A DNA stretch of 48,147 nt from a phage. A program made the translations under genes and the position numbers. The DNA is taken from the sequence record PV636260.1. One strand, written 5' to 3'. Shown piece after piece: positions 19,196 to 28,132 of the stretch; the first letter of the stretch is position 1; every line of letters begins with the position of its first letter. The notes under the pieces are model-generated. The model saw only the letters and a program-made list of their open reading frames with translations, had not been told where the DNA came from and searched no databases.

Positions 19196-19672
19196 TTACA
19201 GTTGATGCAACTGAACCTCAACAAGCTGAATATCTTTGTATTTAGTCCAACCGCCAGCGTAGGTCCAGGTTGTTTCGATCGTGCCATCAGATTTTTCCTG
19301 ACCATCAACATCAAGTTTAACGGCAGAGCCGAAAGTTGGTGCTTCGGTGGATTTGGAAAGCATCCATACTCGACCTGAAGTCATCACGTTGATAGCGCCG
19401 CCATCTTCGTAAATCATCTGATTTTGAGCGTTAACAGTCTGCCAGTGAGAACGGATTGCCACGCCGTAAGGAGTGGTTCCGGTAGTAAGAGCCTTAACCA
19501 ACTTATGACCATCAACCGCCTGAGCTTGAACAACTTGTACGGCAGCGCCAACAAGAACATCACCTTCATTAACGACACAAGCGCCGTCAATATTGTACTT
19601 TGAAGTATCCGCAACCATACCCGGAAGCGCAATCGCCATATCTCGCTGATAAGATGCATTAATTTGTGCCAT
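19196..19672 (-). CDS. head decoration-like protein
   Basis: RBS AGGGGAAA; paralog of the N-terminal domain of 18366..19133. Confidence 0.65.
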   Translation of the reverse strand: MAQINASYQRDMAIALPGMVADTSKYNIDGACVVNEGDVLVGAAVQVVQAQAVDGHKLVKALTTGTTPYGVAIRSHWQTVNAQNQMIYEDGGAINVMTSGRVWMLSKSTEAPTFGSAVKLDVDGQEKSDGTIETTWTYAGGWTKYKDIQLVEVQLHQL

Positions 19673-19683
19673 GATATTTCCCC

Positions 19684-20796
19684 TTACATTACTTTGCTTA
19701 AACGTGAATTTGGCGTAACAGGCGCGGCGTCGTTTTTCTCTTCCGGCTTACCGCCTTCGATAGAGTCGCCTTTTACTGCTTTACGCTGAATAGCCATGAT
19801 ATCAGAATCTTTAGCAACATCAAACATAGCGTCGATATATGCGTCTGATTTTTCACTAACATCTTTATCAAGCATGGCTTTAACTACGGCAATCTTGACG
19901 TCTTTGATATCAAGACCATCATGTTTGACGCCTGCGGTTTCTGCTACTGCGGTAACTTCTGCGCGTGCGGCGGCATCAGCTTTTTGCTTCTCTACTTCAG
20001 CCTTCACAAGTTCCGGCAGAGAGTCAACCTTAACCTTCAGCGCATCGCGCTCAGCTTCGAAGCCATCAGCTTTCCCCTGAATGGTTGCAATCTGCGCGGT
20101 TAATTTTTCGATATGGTTCGCAACGTCTTCGGTTACTTCCACATCAACTGAGTCGATCTTAATTTTTTTCATTTGCTTGTCCTCGTTAGTTAATTGAACG
20201 TTATTATCATACGGGAACTCCTGTTCGGCATCAAGATTTAATTTAGCAATTCCCGCGCGACCTTTGAAAACAAGTGCGATATGGTTGACCTTGATATTAG
20301 TCTGTACCGCGTCAAATTTCACCCAGCCTTCAGGTGGCGCTTCGTCCTGTTTCATATCCTCTTCGAAGATATATTCTCCAGTCTCATTTGAACCCCATCC
20401 CGGTTTATCAATATCTACTGACGTGTAGCCAACAGATAATTCACCAGCTTCTTTTGCTTTAGCCTTGCTGATCGCGTAGTCGCTGTAAATGCTTAAAGGG
20501 ACTTCAACTCCAACACCTGAAGCAATACCAGCGCCAGCGCACGAACCTACAACAACGTCCTTAGCATTTTGGGGAGTCACCGTTACGTGACCGACTGTGA
20601 TCGGCTTGCCTGCAAAACTTTGCAAGGAATCTTGCTTGAAAACTTCGGACGCCGGACGGAACTCAACTCGATCGCCGTGCGGCGTTTTGTAAACCTGAGC
20701 GCCGATTCGCGCCACTATTGGGCGGTCAACTAAAAAACCGTTATCATCAAAGTGCGCCTTGATTTTTACTGAATCGAATCTTTGCTTTGCCTTCAT
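19684..20796 (-). CDS. scaffolding protein (possibly with N-terminal prohead protease-like domain)
   Basis: Start at ATG 20796 after CAGGAGA; Ala/Lys/Glu-rich coiled-coil C-terminal half; position. Confidence 0.6.
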   Translation of the reverse strand: MKAKQRFDSVKIKAHFDDNGFLVDRPIVARIGAQVYKTPHGDRVEFRPASEVFKQDSLQSFAGKPITVGHVTVTPQNAKDVVVGSCAGAGIASGVGVEVPLSIYSDYAISKAKAKEAGELSVGYTSVDIDKPGWGSNETGEYIFEEDMKQDEAPPEGWVKFDAVQTNIKVNHIALVFKGRAGIAKLNLDAEQEFPYDNNVQLTNEDKQMKKIKIDSVDVEVTEDVANHIEKLTAQIATIQGKADGFEAERDALKVKVDSLPELVKAEVEKQKADAAARAEVTAVAETAGVKHDGLDIKDVKIAVVKAMLDKDVSEKSDAYIDAMFDVAKDSDIMAIQRKAVKGDSIEGGKPEEKNDAAPVTPNSRLSKVM

Positions 20797-20798
20797 TT

Positions 20799-21560
20799 TT
20801 AATCTCCTGTAGAAAAGTCTGGAACAGCCCAACAGCGGCAATTGTATTCCTCACCCGGGAATACGTGATCGGAATCTACCGCTATGCGCTTACCTTCCCA
20901 TCTTACATGTTTTTCACGTTCACGTAAATCCATCACCCCACGCCAGAAATAGTAAGAGACTCCAGCGTCTTTTATGCGCTGACGCATTAGTCTACTGTTC
21001 CAGGTTCCAACAATTCCCGACGCTCTATTTTTGGCCCAATTCCGGTAAACACCAAATCGCTCATTAGCAAGTTCAACAACAAAATCCTTGCTTTTACCCT
21101 GACCGGATGCAGCACGAAGTTTATCAGTGAAATCAGTAACCATGTTGGCAGCAAATTTCCTGATAGAAGTAGTCACCTGCGATCGCCACAGATTATATTG
21201 TCCTGAGTACCAGCTTTCGGCAGCGGCAGGACCAATCAGGGCAAGTAGCATTACGGCTTGATTCTTCTTACCTCCAGCATTTCGAGCTATTCGCAACCAC
21301 TGCTTAGAGTTGAATTTATATATAGTTAGCGCAACGGATGATAGAGAACCAATAATCGGAGCGATGAGTGATTCAACGTAATCAAGCAATGACCTTTCTG
21401 TCTGATCTATCTCTTCGTCGGTAGCATCAAATTTCATCGGCTTTAATTCGTCACGCATTTTTTCAGTTAGTTTGGCTGCAACATCCTGTAGGGAGCGCGA
21501 CATTGCGCGCTCGCTCATTTCAGGATAGCGCCACTGTGTTGCAACGCCATTAATTTTCAT
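20799..21560 (-). CDS. head morphogenesis protein (Mu F / SPP1 gp7-like)
   Basis: RBS GGGGAGAAG; position after portal. Confidence 0.6.
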   Translation of the reverse strand: MKINGVATQWRYPEMSERAMSRSLQDVAAKLTEKMRDELKPMKFDATDEEIDQTERSLLDYVESLIAPIIGSLSSVALTIYKFNSKQWLRIARNAGGKKNQAVMLLALIGPAAAESWYSGQYNLWRSQVTTSIRKFAANMVTDFTDKLRAASGQGKSKDFVVELANERFGVYRNWAKNRASGIVGTWNSRLMRQRIKDAGVSYYFWRGVMDLREREKHVRWEGKRIAVDSDHVFPGEEYNCRCWAVPDFSTGD

Positions 21561-22833
21561 CTTCTAACTTCTCCCCTAATCCCGGTTCCGGTTCGGTTGT
21601 TTCTTCCTGTTCGCGAATGTTGATGTTATTACCATCCTTGAGTTTGAACTCAGGGGCAATGGATCGCAACGTGTCTCGAGCTTCTTCCAGATCGATGATT
21701 TGCTCAGTGATAGCTTTCGTGACTGACTCAACGTTATTCTTCGTGATCTCTGATTCCTCTTTCTTACTCGGAACAGACAAAGGCTCAAACTCGATCGACC
21801 ACTCTTGCTCGTCAACAATGAACGGCAGCAAGAACTCAAGAAGAGGCCTGTAATCTTCCTCACGCTTACGATCTACCAGCTTATAGAAAGTCTCAAGCGC
21901 TGTGTTTTGGCTCGCTGATACGCCGCCTACGTTCTTATTTTTGATGATAATCTCATGAATCCCTGAAAGGGAAACAATACGATCCATCTTGCTCGATAAG
22001 AACTCAGGCACTCCGCTGATATCAGAGTTTAGAACATCGTATTCTTCCGTCTCAGCATCGATACCGATCGCACGGCCTACTCCGGAGTTGTCATCAACCT
22101 GAGCAAGTCGCAGGCGCGCAGCATACTGAGCATCGTCATCATCGCACATTTCGGCAAGACCTTTGACCTTCCATACCGCCTGTTGCTTACGCCGCAGGAT
22201 CTGAGTCGCAAGTGATTCGCAATAGTCGTAGTCGCAGATTGCATCAATCAGTGACTTATTCAAAACTGAAGCACCCCACCCCTGATTCTGCTTGCGAATC
22301 TGAGGGGTTACTCGCTCACCATCAGCAATAAAAATTCTTGTGTGGTGGATTAAGTAAGGTTGAAGATTATCGCCAGGAGATACCTTGTATATCTCAGGCT
22401 CACCATAGCGAGGCGATCGAGCGTTGGTTACTCTCTTTTCAACGGTGATTGCAAATCGATCGTAAACACGCACGCCCTCAAGTTTAGCGCCAGGTTTAAC
22501 GGGGCTGGTTAGCATTCTGTTGTCTTTGATGATTGCCACAATAGCAGCCCCACCGTATAGTCTCGCCCAGCAAAGAACGTCAACCAAGCTAGAATCAATT
22601 TTGTAACTATCCCACAGAGACTTGAACTCTTTTTCATCCTTGACGCCTGACATTTTAAATCCAGCCGTCACCATCTCTTCCGGGATAACATCCACAATTC
22701 GCTTCGCGGTTGCGTTGTCGTTGTAGAAAGATCCTACGTGATATGATGCATCAGACATAAAGAATGGCTTAGGCGATCCGTCTGCACCGCCGTTAAAGAT
22801 ATCGTTATATCCATCATGCTTAACAATTTTCAT
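21550..22833 (-). CDS. portal protein
   Basis: Start at ATG 22833 after GGAGGAAAC; 427 aa, acidic C-terminus; position after TerL. Confidence 0.8.
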   Translation of the reverse strand: MKIVKHDGYNDIFNGGADGSPKPFFMSDASYHVGSFYNDNATAKRIVDVIPEEMVTAGFKMSGVKDEKEFKSLWDSYKIDSSLVDVLCWARLYGGAAIVAIIKDNRMLTSPVKPGAKLEGVRVYDRFAITVEKRVTNARSPRYGEPEIYKVSPGDNLQPYLIHHTRIFIADGERVTPQIRKQNQGWGASVLNKSLIDAICDYDYCESLATQILRRKQQAVWKVKGLAEMCDDDDAQYAARLRLAQVDDNSGVGRAIGIDAETEEYDVLNSDISGVPEFLSSKMDRIVSLSGIHEIIIKNKNVGGVSASQNTALETFYKLVDRKREEDYRPLLEFLLPFIVDEQEWSIEFEPLSVPSKKEESEITKNNVESVTKAITEQIIDLEEARDTLRSIAPEFKLKDGNNINIREQEETTEPEPGLGEKLEDEN

Positions 22834-22844
22834 GTTTCCTCCAA

Positions 22845-22875
22845 TAAAAAAGGCCGTCAATTGACAGCCTTGATT
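22845..22875 (-). terminator. terminator-like hairpin between TerL and portal
   Basis: AAGGCTGTCAATTGACGGCCTT + T6. Confidence 0.5.
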
Positions 22876-22887
22876 ATATCTCATTTA

Positions 22888-24456
22888 TTACCGCTTAACC
22901 ATCCCGGCGAGCCGCTTCATTCTCTCGATAGGATCATCAATGGTCAGCAATTCGATGTTCGCCGCATCCATGAAGTTATCGACGATATCATCATGCGGAT
23001 GGGTGTCATCGTAAGTGAAGGCGCTGTGTTCAGCGATAATTTCAGCAAGCATGGGGTGCTCTTCTGGCAGAACCACACGCCCGGCTTTAATAACTGGCTG
23101 AGCATCCATAGCGCGGGTAACTTTGTCTTTGTTACGCTGCAACGGAGTGATAGAGATCGGAGTCTTTTTCCTGAGGTTCTGTATAAGGCCCGTACCGCTC
23201 GCTTTATCTTCCACGTAGATTTTTCGAAGCACGCCCATTGATTTATTGTGTCTCCATGCCTGATTAACGAAAGCGGTAAATTGTTTCTCCATATCCGGCG
23301 CTTCCCACTTACCGCGAATGCCGTCAATAAAGTAAACCTTATCGTTCTTCTTACCCCACAAGCAAAAGACTGTGTAGTCGTTTAGCTCGCCTGTCTTCTG
23401 AGCGGTATCGGCAGTGATGAAACGGTAGTCGTACTTACCCGGATCTGGTTCGTCAGCGTCAAGGCTGCTGCCGTAATAAGTCCACCATTCCGAGTTAAAC
23501 ACGGAGCCACCAAGCGCGATCGGCTTCTGCTGATACTGAGAGTCAAAGGTGTACTGGTCAGCTTCGCGAAGCGCTAACAGGTCATGTACACTTTCCTTAC
23601 TGGGCCAGAACGAGTAATGCTTGACGCCATCAAGTTCGACATACTCAGACGATAAAACGTCGCGCTCGAAGTAAGGTTGTAACCAGTCAGGAAGCGTCTT
23701 TCCGTATTCTTCCGTGACCAGCGCCGGGATCGAGATCTGGTCAAACTCAATACCCATACCTCCATTCATCATAAACCAAGTTGAATCCTGCGCGTGCAGT
23801 CGCTGCTGGATTGCGATAATCGGCGTCTCGTTGTGCATACGACGGGATCGTATGGTGTTCTTCAATAGCATGTGAGTACGCTCACGCTTAACCTTTGAGA
23901 ACATATCGTCAGGCTTGTCTATATCGTCGAGCATTACCATCCCGGAGAATCCCGGCATCATATAGCCACCACGCGAACCTGTGATTCGACCTCCGGCTGC
24001 TGCGGATATTAGCTCGAACCAGACCTTGCCATCTTCGTTAAGAACTTGCATCTCTTCATCTTTCGATGTGCCGAACTTACAGGGCCACAACTCTTGGAAC
24101 TCTTTGCTGCTGATAATCTCACGAACTCGCTTACTGTTACGCTTTACAAGGCTATCTGCAAATGAAACGTTAAGGTTTCGTACCTTCTTGCACTTGAGCA
24201 TTGCGTAAACAGGAAGGTGAATTGAGAACACCTCGGTTTTACCCGAACCTGGCGTGACGTTAAAGATAGTGTTCCCGCGTCGACCTGCAATTATTTCCTC
24301 CACTTCGTGACATAGGTAAAGGTGATGCCAGTTAGGCTGGAACTGCTGCGCCTGCATAAGCTGGAACCAGATCCGAATCATTTTTTCGAAATTGGCCTCG
24401 CTCATTTTCTTGATCGCTAACTTCTGCGTTGCGTTAAGGTCTTCCCATTGAATCAT
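22888..24456 (-). CDS. terminase large subunit
   Basis: Start at ATG 24456 after GGGAGAC; Walker A-like TPGSGKT; 522 aa. Confidence 0.85.
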   Translation of the reverse strand: MIQWEDLNATQKLAIKKMSEANFEKMIRIWFQLMQAQQFQPNWHHLYLCHEVEEIIAGRRGNTIFNVTPGSGKTEVFSIHLPVYAMLKCKKVRNLNVSFADSLVKRNSKRVREIISSKEFQELWPCKFGTSKDEEMQVLNEDGKVWFELISAAAGGRITGSRGGYMMPGFSGMVMLDDIDKPDDMFSKVKRERTHMLLKNTIRSRRMHNETPIIAIQQRLHAQDSTWFMMNGGMGIEFDQISIPALVTEEYGKTLPDWLQPYFERDVLSSEYVELDGVKHYSFWPSKESVHDLLALREADQYTFDSQYQQKPIALGGSVFNSEWWTYYGSSLDADEPDPGKYDYRFITADTAQKTGELNDYTVFCLWGKKNDKVYFIDGIRGKWEAPDMEKQFTAFVNQAWRHNKSMGVLRKIYVEDKASGTGLIQNLRKKTPISITPLQRNKDKVTRAMDAQPVIKAGRVVLPEEHPMLAEIIAEHSAFTYDDTHPHDDIVDNFMDAANIELLTIDDPIERMKRLAGMVKR

Positions 24457-24495
24457 GATTAAGTCTCCCATGTGGGCGCTAGCGCGCCCGTAACG

Positions 24496-25020
24496 TTAAA
24501 GCATGTCAAGAATGCTATTTACTGCCTCTTTCATTGCATCCTCAGTAGTGGCGACTACTGTCGATGCGGAAGCTGACGAGTTTTCGATATTGATTGAGGC
24601 TGGCTTATCGATTCCGAGATCCTTACCGATAAAGGAGGCATTAATAACACCGTTGGCGGCAAGCTGGAATTTTTGCTCGTTGATTACCGATTCCACAAAC
24701 TCCATAACCTCACTGTATTCTTCCTCTCGCTTCCACTTAATGATTGCGGCCTCGCTTGCACCGATGAATAGTCGGTATCCGGTCCAGGTGAAGACTCGCG
24801 GCTTATGAACTAGCGATTCATAAACGCCACCCTGAAAGCTGGCTGATTCTGACGCCTTGATTGCGTTGTCCTCAGCCCATTCGAAATACTTAACTGACAG
24901 ATCGAATAGTTGCTCAGGCGTCATTGCCCGGTTTTTAGCAAGAACAGTGCCGAACTTTTTCTTGTATAGCTCTTTGAAATTACCTCCCTGGACTACGGGG
25001 GCGTTCTTAGGTTCACTCAT
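24496..25020 (-). CDS. terminase small subunit
   Basis: RBS AGAGGA; 174 aa directly upstream of TerL. Confidence 0.65.
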   Translation of the reverse strand: MSEPKNAPVVQGGNFKELYKKKFGTVLAKNRAMTPEQLFDLSVKYFEWAEDNAIKASESASFQGGVYESLVHKPRVFTWTGYRLFIGASEAAIIKWKREEEYSEVMEFVESVINEQKFQLAANGVINASFIGKDLGIDKPASINIENSSASASTVVATTEDAMKEAVNSILDML

Positions 25021-25035
25021 AAATCAATCCTCTTT

Positions 25036-25057
25036 GTTTAACATTTAGTGCTATTTT
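25036..25057 (-). promoter_or_regulatory. copy of the repeated element upstream of TerS
   Basis: Minus strand ATAGCACTAAATGTTAAAC directly upstream of the RBS. Confidence 0.45.
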
Positions 25058-25073
25058 ACCATATTGCAGGCAT

Positions 25074-25096
25074 AAAAAAACCCGCCGAAGCGGGTT
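25074..25096 (-). terminator. intrinsic terminator ending the leftward early operon
   Basis: AACCCGCTTCGGCGGGTT + T7 on minus strand. Confidence 0.7.
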
Positions 25097-25104
25097 AGTA
25101 TTTA

Positions 25105-25332
25105 TCACGATAATCGTCGTTTAATGCCTTTAGGGTGGGTCTGAGCTTTAGAGTAGCAGTGAGCAAGGTCGCCAGTCATTTCCCATTGATCCTTCTTAGG
25201 CGAGTAGGTCAGCCATACGCCAGTTTTATCTTTTGCTTCCGTAGCCATCATGAACGCTACAAGAACGAAGCCAGAAAATAAACCAGCACCAAAAATAACG
25301 ATACAAGCGATAATCCATAAAAAAATTTCCAT
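25105..25332 (-). CDS. small membrane protein
   Basis: RBS AAGGAGA; one strong TM helix (IFLWIIACIVIFGAGLFSGFVLVAFMM). Confidence 0.6.
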   Translation of the reverse strand: MEIFLWIIACIVIFGAGLFSGFVLVAFMMATEAKDKTGVWLTYSPKKDQWEMTGDLAHCYSKAQTHPKGIKRRLS

Positions 25333-25333
25333 G

Positions 25334-25519
25334 TTAAATCTCCTTAATTAATTCAATGTTTATTTTGTGAGTGTCAAGGTTTGCGCCGGAAAGTTTTTTG
25401 GCTTTCGTGATGGCTTCTGCCTGACTGGTTGCTGATAATTCAGTCTCGAAAGATTGTTTGCATGATTGGCAAAACATCCCCATCTTTCGAATGATTAATT
25501 TAACTTTGAATCGCTTCAT
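25334..25519 (-). CDS. hypothetical protein
   Basis: ORF in operon context. Confidence 0.5.
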   Translation of the reverse strand: MKRFKVKLIIRKMGMFCQSCKQSFETELSATSQAEAITKAKKLSGANLDTHKINIELIKEI

Positions 25520-25661
25520 CTTCTTGCGCCTTAATCATAACGCCATCGATGCGACCAATAACGGCCTCTCCAGGATTTAATCGCTTTTTATAACGAGTCG
25601 TTTTGCCGTTGCGAGTTACTTTAATTTCGATTTTGACTGATTCGTCTTTGATATTTTGCAT
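25500..25661 (-). CDS. hypothetical small basic protein (53 aa, not in ORF track)
   Basis: ATG 25661 with RBS GAGGA 8 nt upstream; MQNIKDESVKIEIKV... Confidence 0.45.
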   Translation of the reverse strand: MQNIKDESVKIEIKVTRNGKTTRYKKRLNPGEAVIGRIDGVMIKAQEDEAIQS

Positions 25662-25825
25662 TATGCAATCCTCTGGAATTGTTGCCGCTTACGGGTCTGC
25701 GGCGTTGCTTAACCACTATGCAACCGAGCTTGTTAGCTGGGAGTGTGAGAATCGTCTCACGCGTTGCGCTTCTTTGCGCCTCGTCTGTCTACGGGGTTAA
25801 TACTATCACCGCTAAGCGATTCAGG

Positions 25826-26029
25826 TCAATCATTAATTTCGAATTGTCCCTTAGTCATATCCTGCGGGTAATCAATCTCATGCAAGTTTCCATCGTCGCC
25901 GTACACATATATGAGTCTCTTTGCTTTACTAACCTTTTCCACATCGTAAGAGCATCCCGCTGAGAAAGCATCACTATTGCGTGATGTAATGCATCGAACC
26001 TGATCGCCTTTCTTCGGTAAGTTAGCCAT
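25826..26029 (-). CDS. hypothetical protein
   Basis: ORF, TAATG coupling with upstream gene. Confidence 0.5.
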   Translation of the reverse strand: MANLPKKGDQVRCITSRNSDAFSAGCSYDVEKVSKAKRLIYVYGDDGNLHEIDYPQDMTKGQFEIND

Positions 26030-26259
26030 TATTCGTAATCCCCCTCTTTGTTACCTACACGCCCTGCGATATACCCGGCAGTCCAGACAAACTTGTATCG
26101 ATCAATGAGTAGCTCAACCTTTTTGTGATGAGTTGAGATCACATCAATCATAATCTTTTCGTTTTTGCGATCTTCTTTCTTCATTCCGCTAACGAATTTA
26201 TTCAATTCCTTCGCTGCGCGCTTTACTACGTTCCATTCCGCTTCACTTAAACCGAACAT
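26029..26259 (-). CDS. hypothetical protein
   Basis: ORF, translationally coupled. Confidence 0.5.
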   Translation of the reverse strand: MFGLSEAEWNVVKRAAKELNKFVSGMKKEDRKNEKIMIDVISTHHKKVELLIDRYKFVWTAGYIAGRVGNKEGDYE

Positions 26260-26603
26260 TATTTACCTCTCCCAAATGAAAAATTAACACCTAAAACCTG
26301 ATTGCAAACTGATTCCATGTATCGCAACTGATATTGAGCAACCTTTGAAGGGCTTAATTCATCAGTAAATAAGTCATCAACATTGATTTCTTTTTTATGC
26401 TTGCGCTTCCATGCCTTGATGATATTGGGCAGGATTCGCTCGCTTTTCCAGGCTGCAAACTCAGCTTGATTCGTTGAAACAGGAGTAAGTTGTTTTTCGA
26501 TCTGGTTTAGCAACTCGGCGGCCGCTCCTTTTATATGCAACTGGTCGCCGATCGCATCAAGGATTTCACGAGCTTGCTTCTCTGACAGGTTAATCGTAAT
26601 CAT
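26259..26603 (-). CDS. hypothetical protein
   Basis: ORF, translationally coupled. Confidence 0.5.
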   Translation of the reverse strand: MITINLSEKQAREILDAIGDQLHIKGAAAELLNQIEKQLTPVSTNQAEFAAWKSERILPNIIKAWKRKHKKEINVDDLFTDELSPSKVAQYQLRYMESVCNQVLGVNFSFGRGK

Positions 26604-26809
26604 GCCTCTTCTCCCTCATCTTCGATCGGTGTAAAAAACTGAGTGTTCACTGCCGGGTTGTAATAAACCCCGTCATCATAGTCGCTTTCTTTCACTTCAA
26701 TGAAAACGTCGCAACCGTCATGCATGAAATCACCGTTATCAGTATGAACGAGTTCGAATACTTCAGAAGTTTTATTGCAAGTGAAAAACTTATCAGTTGA
26801 CACCATCAT
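26600..26809 (-). CDS. hypothetical small acidic protein
   Basis: ORF with upstream element and hairpin; Asp/Glu-rich. Confidence 0.5.
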   Translation of the reverse strand: MMVSTDKFFTCNKTSEVFELVHTDNGDFMHDGCDVFIEVKESDYDDGVYYNPAVNTQFFTPIEDEGEEA

Positions 26810-26837
26810 TTCTATTTTCTCTCTTCGTTGTCGATGA

Positions 26838-26887
26838 GGTGACTATATCAAATCACCCCACCGACGTTTTAGCAATTAGTGCTATTT
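26838..26887 (-). promoter_or_regulatory. repeated element (ATAGCACTAATTGCTAAAAC) plus hairpin with -10-like TATAGT
   Basis: Stop codon TAG of the kinase gene lies inside the element; hairpin GGTGA-N10-TCACC. Confidence 0.55.
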
Positions 26888-27454
26888 GTTGATGAACGTA
26901 GCGGCTATGTGCTGAGCGGTAATTTCAGGATGACCCTCAACAGAGAAGAAATCACATTCCTGATAACCGTTAACCCCGATCATATCGTCCAGGTAGATAT
27001 AATCGCGACTGTCGTTATCGAAGTTGCAACCGTTGCGATGTATGCGGCATAGCTTGACCTTGATATCGCCTTCAATCATTTGCAAGATCTCGTCTTTGAA
27101 TCCCCCGTCAGTAAATACCGAAAGTGAGTGCGACTCTTTCACCTTGCTTTCCGCTCGCATACCGAAGAATCGATTTCCGAACTGCGGCTTGATGACTTCC
27201 TCGCTAATCCAGATCATAAACTGGCGCGGGCTTTTACCGTTCAGGATTGACGCTGGCTCTTCTTTGTAACGACGGTCCTCATACAAGAACATGAAATACT
27301 CGTAGTTAGTTTCACCCAGGATTGCCCGAGCAATCTCAAACATTGGTGCTTTGAAGCTGCGCAAAGCTACATGATCGTAAGTGTCAGCCAGGATGCATCC
27401 GATAGTGTCCTTGCCTGCTCCAGGAGCGCCGTTTAAAATGATAGCTGTTTTCAT
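26882..27454 (-). CDS. P-loop nucleotide kinase (dNMP kinase / PNK kinase-like)
   Basis: N-terminal Walker A ILNGAPGAGKDT. Confidence 0.65.
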   Translation of the reverse strand: MKTAIILNGAPGAGKDTIGCILADTYDHVALRSFKAPMFEIARAILGETNYEYFMFLYEDRRYKEEPASILNGKSPRQFMIWISEEVIKPQFGNRFFGMRAESKVKESHSLSVFTDGGFKDEILQMIEGDIKVKLCRIHRNGCNFDNDSRDYIYLDDMIGVNGYQECDFFSVEGHPEITAQHIAATFINK

Positions 27455-27455
27455 A

Positions 27456-27566
27456 TCAGTATCTCCCTAAAAATAATTTTGCCATATTGATAATAGTGTG
27501 ATTGATGATTAGCAGGATGATAACCGTCAATACCGGATGTGCTGCAATAAATTCGTATAGGTTCAT
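27456..27566 (-). CDS. 36-aa hydrophobic peptide between phosphatase and kinase (not in ORF track)
   Basis: ATGA overlap with phosphatase stop, TGA then 1 nt before the kinase ATG; RBS GGGGTAGAG; MNLYEFIAAHPVLTVIILLIINHTIINMAKLFLGRY. Confidence 0.4.
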   Translation of the reverse strand: MNLYEFIAAHPVLTVIILLIINHTIINMAKLFLGRY

Positions 27567-28096
27567 TTCTCTACCCCGTGCGATTTTAAATGATCGTGAA
27601 CGTTATCGCCATAGTCAACTACAGCATATGTGGTTATTCCAAGCGACCGGAATAATGGAATAATTTGCGGTGAATCATCCCAAGCCGCGAGGATGTTTTC
27701 AATACCGATAGCTCGCACCGCTTCCTCTTTCATCACTGTGTCTTTCCGGTTGTCGGTGTGCGGTCGCATGACTAAGTAATCATATCGCGCACCGTGATGC
27801 TTAAGCCATAACTCAGATGCGTAACGAACCTCATCACTTCGCCCGGTTAAAACTATTACGTGATACCCAGCGGCAAACATAGAGTTCATCACCTCAATCG
27901 TGCTCTGGATGGGGTTATCAAATATTGCGGCTCGATTAAACTCAGACCAGCTTTCAGTCAAGTGCAAATCCTTTTTTGGCAACAGGTGAATGCGCTTTGA
28001 TCCGTCACTCAGTGTTCCGTCAAAGTCAAAGATTGCGACGCGGCGCGGACCGAGAAACAGGTTGATAGTTTGACCCCAAATTGTAATTTTATCCAT
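27563..28096 (-). CDS. HAD-superfamily phosphatase (PNK 3'-phosphatase-like)
   Basis: Motif I FDFDGTL near N-terminus; later VLTGR and Asp-rich motifs. Confidence 0.7.
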   Translation of the reverse strand: MDKITIWGQTINLFLGPRRVAIFDFDGTLSDGSKRIHLLPKKDLHLTESWSEFNRAAIFDNPIQSTIEVMNSMFAAGYHVIVLTGRSDEVRYASELWLKHHGARYDYLVMRPHTDNRKDTVMKEEAVRAIGIENILAAWDDSPQIIPLFRSLGITTYAVVDYGDNVHDHLKSHGVEK

Positions 28097-28132
28097 GATT
28101 TATTCCTCTGATCGGTTGTTTAACTCAACGAA

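Noticed and set aside
24462-24490. Palindrome GGGCGCTAGCGCGCCC between TerS and TerL as a pac or cos site
   Set aside because: Plausible only as a hairpin or restriction-site-like palindrome; nothing in the sequence alone supports a packaging site
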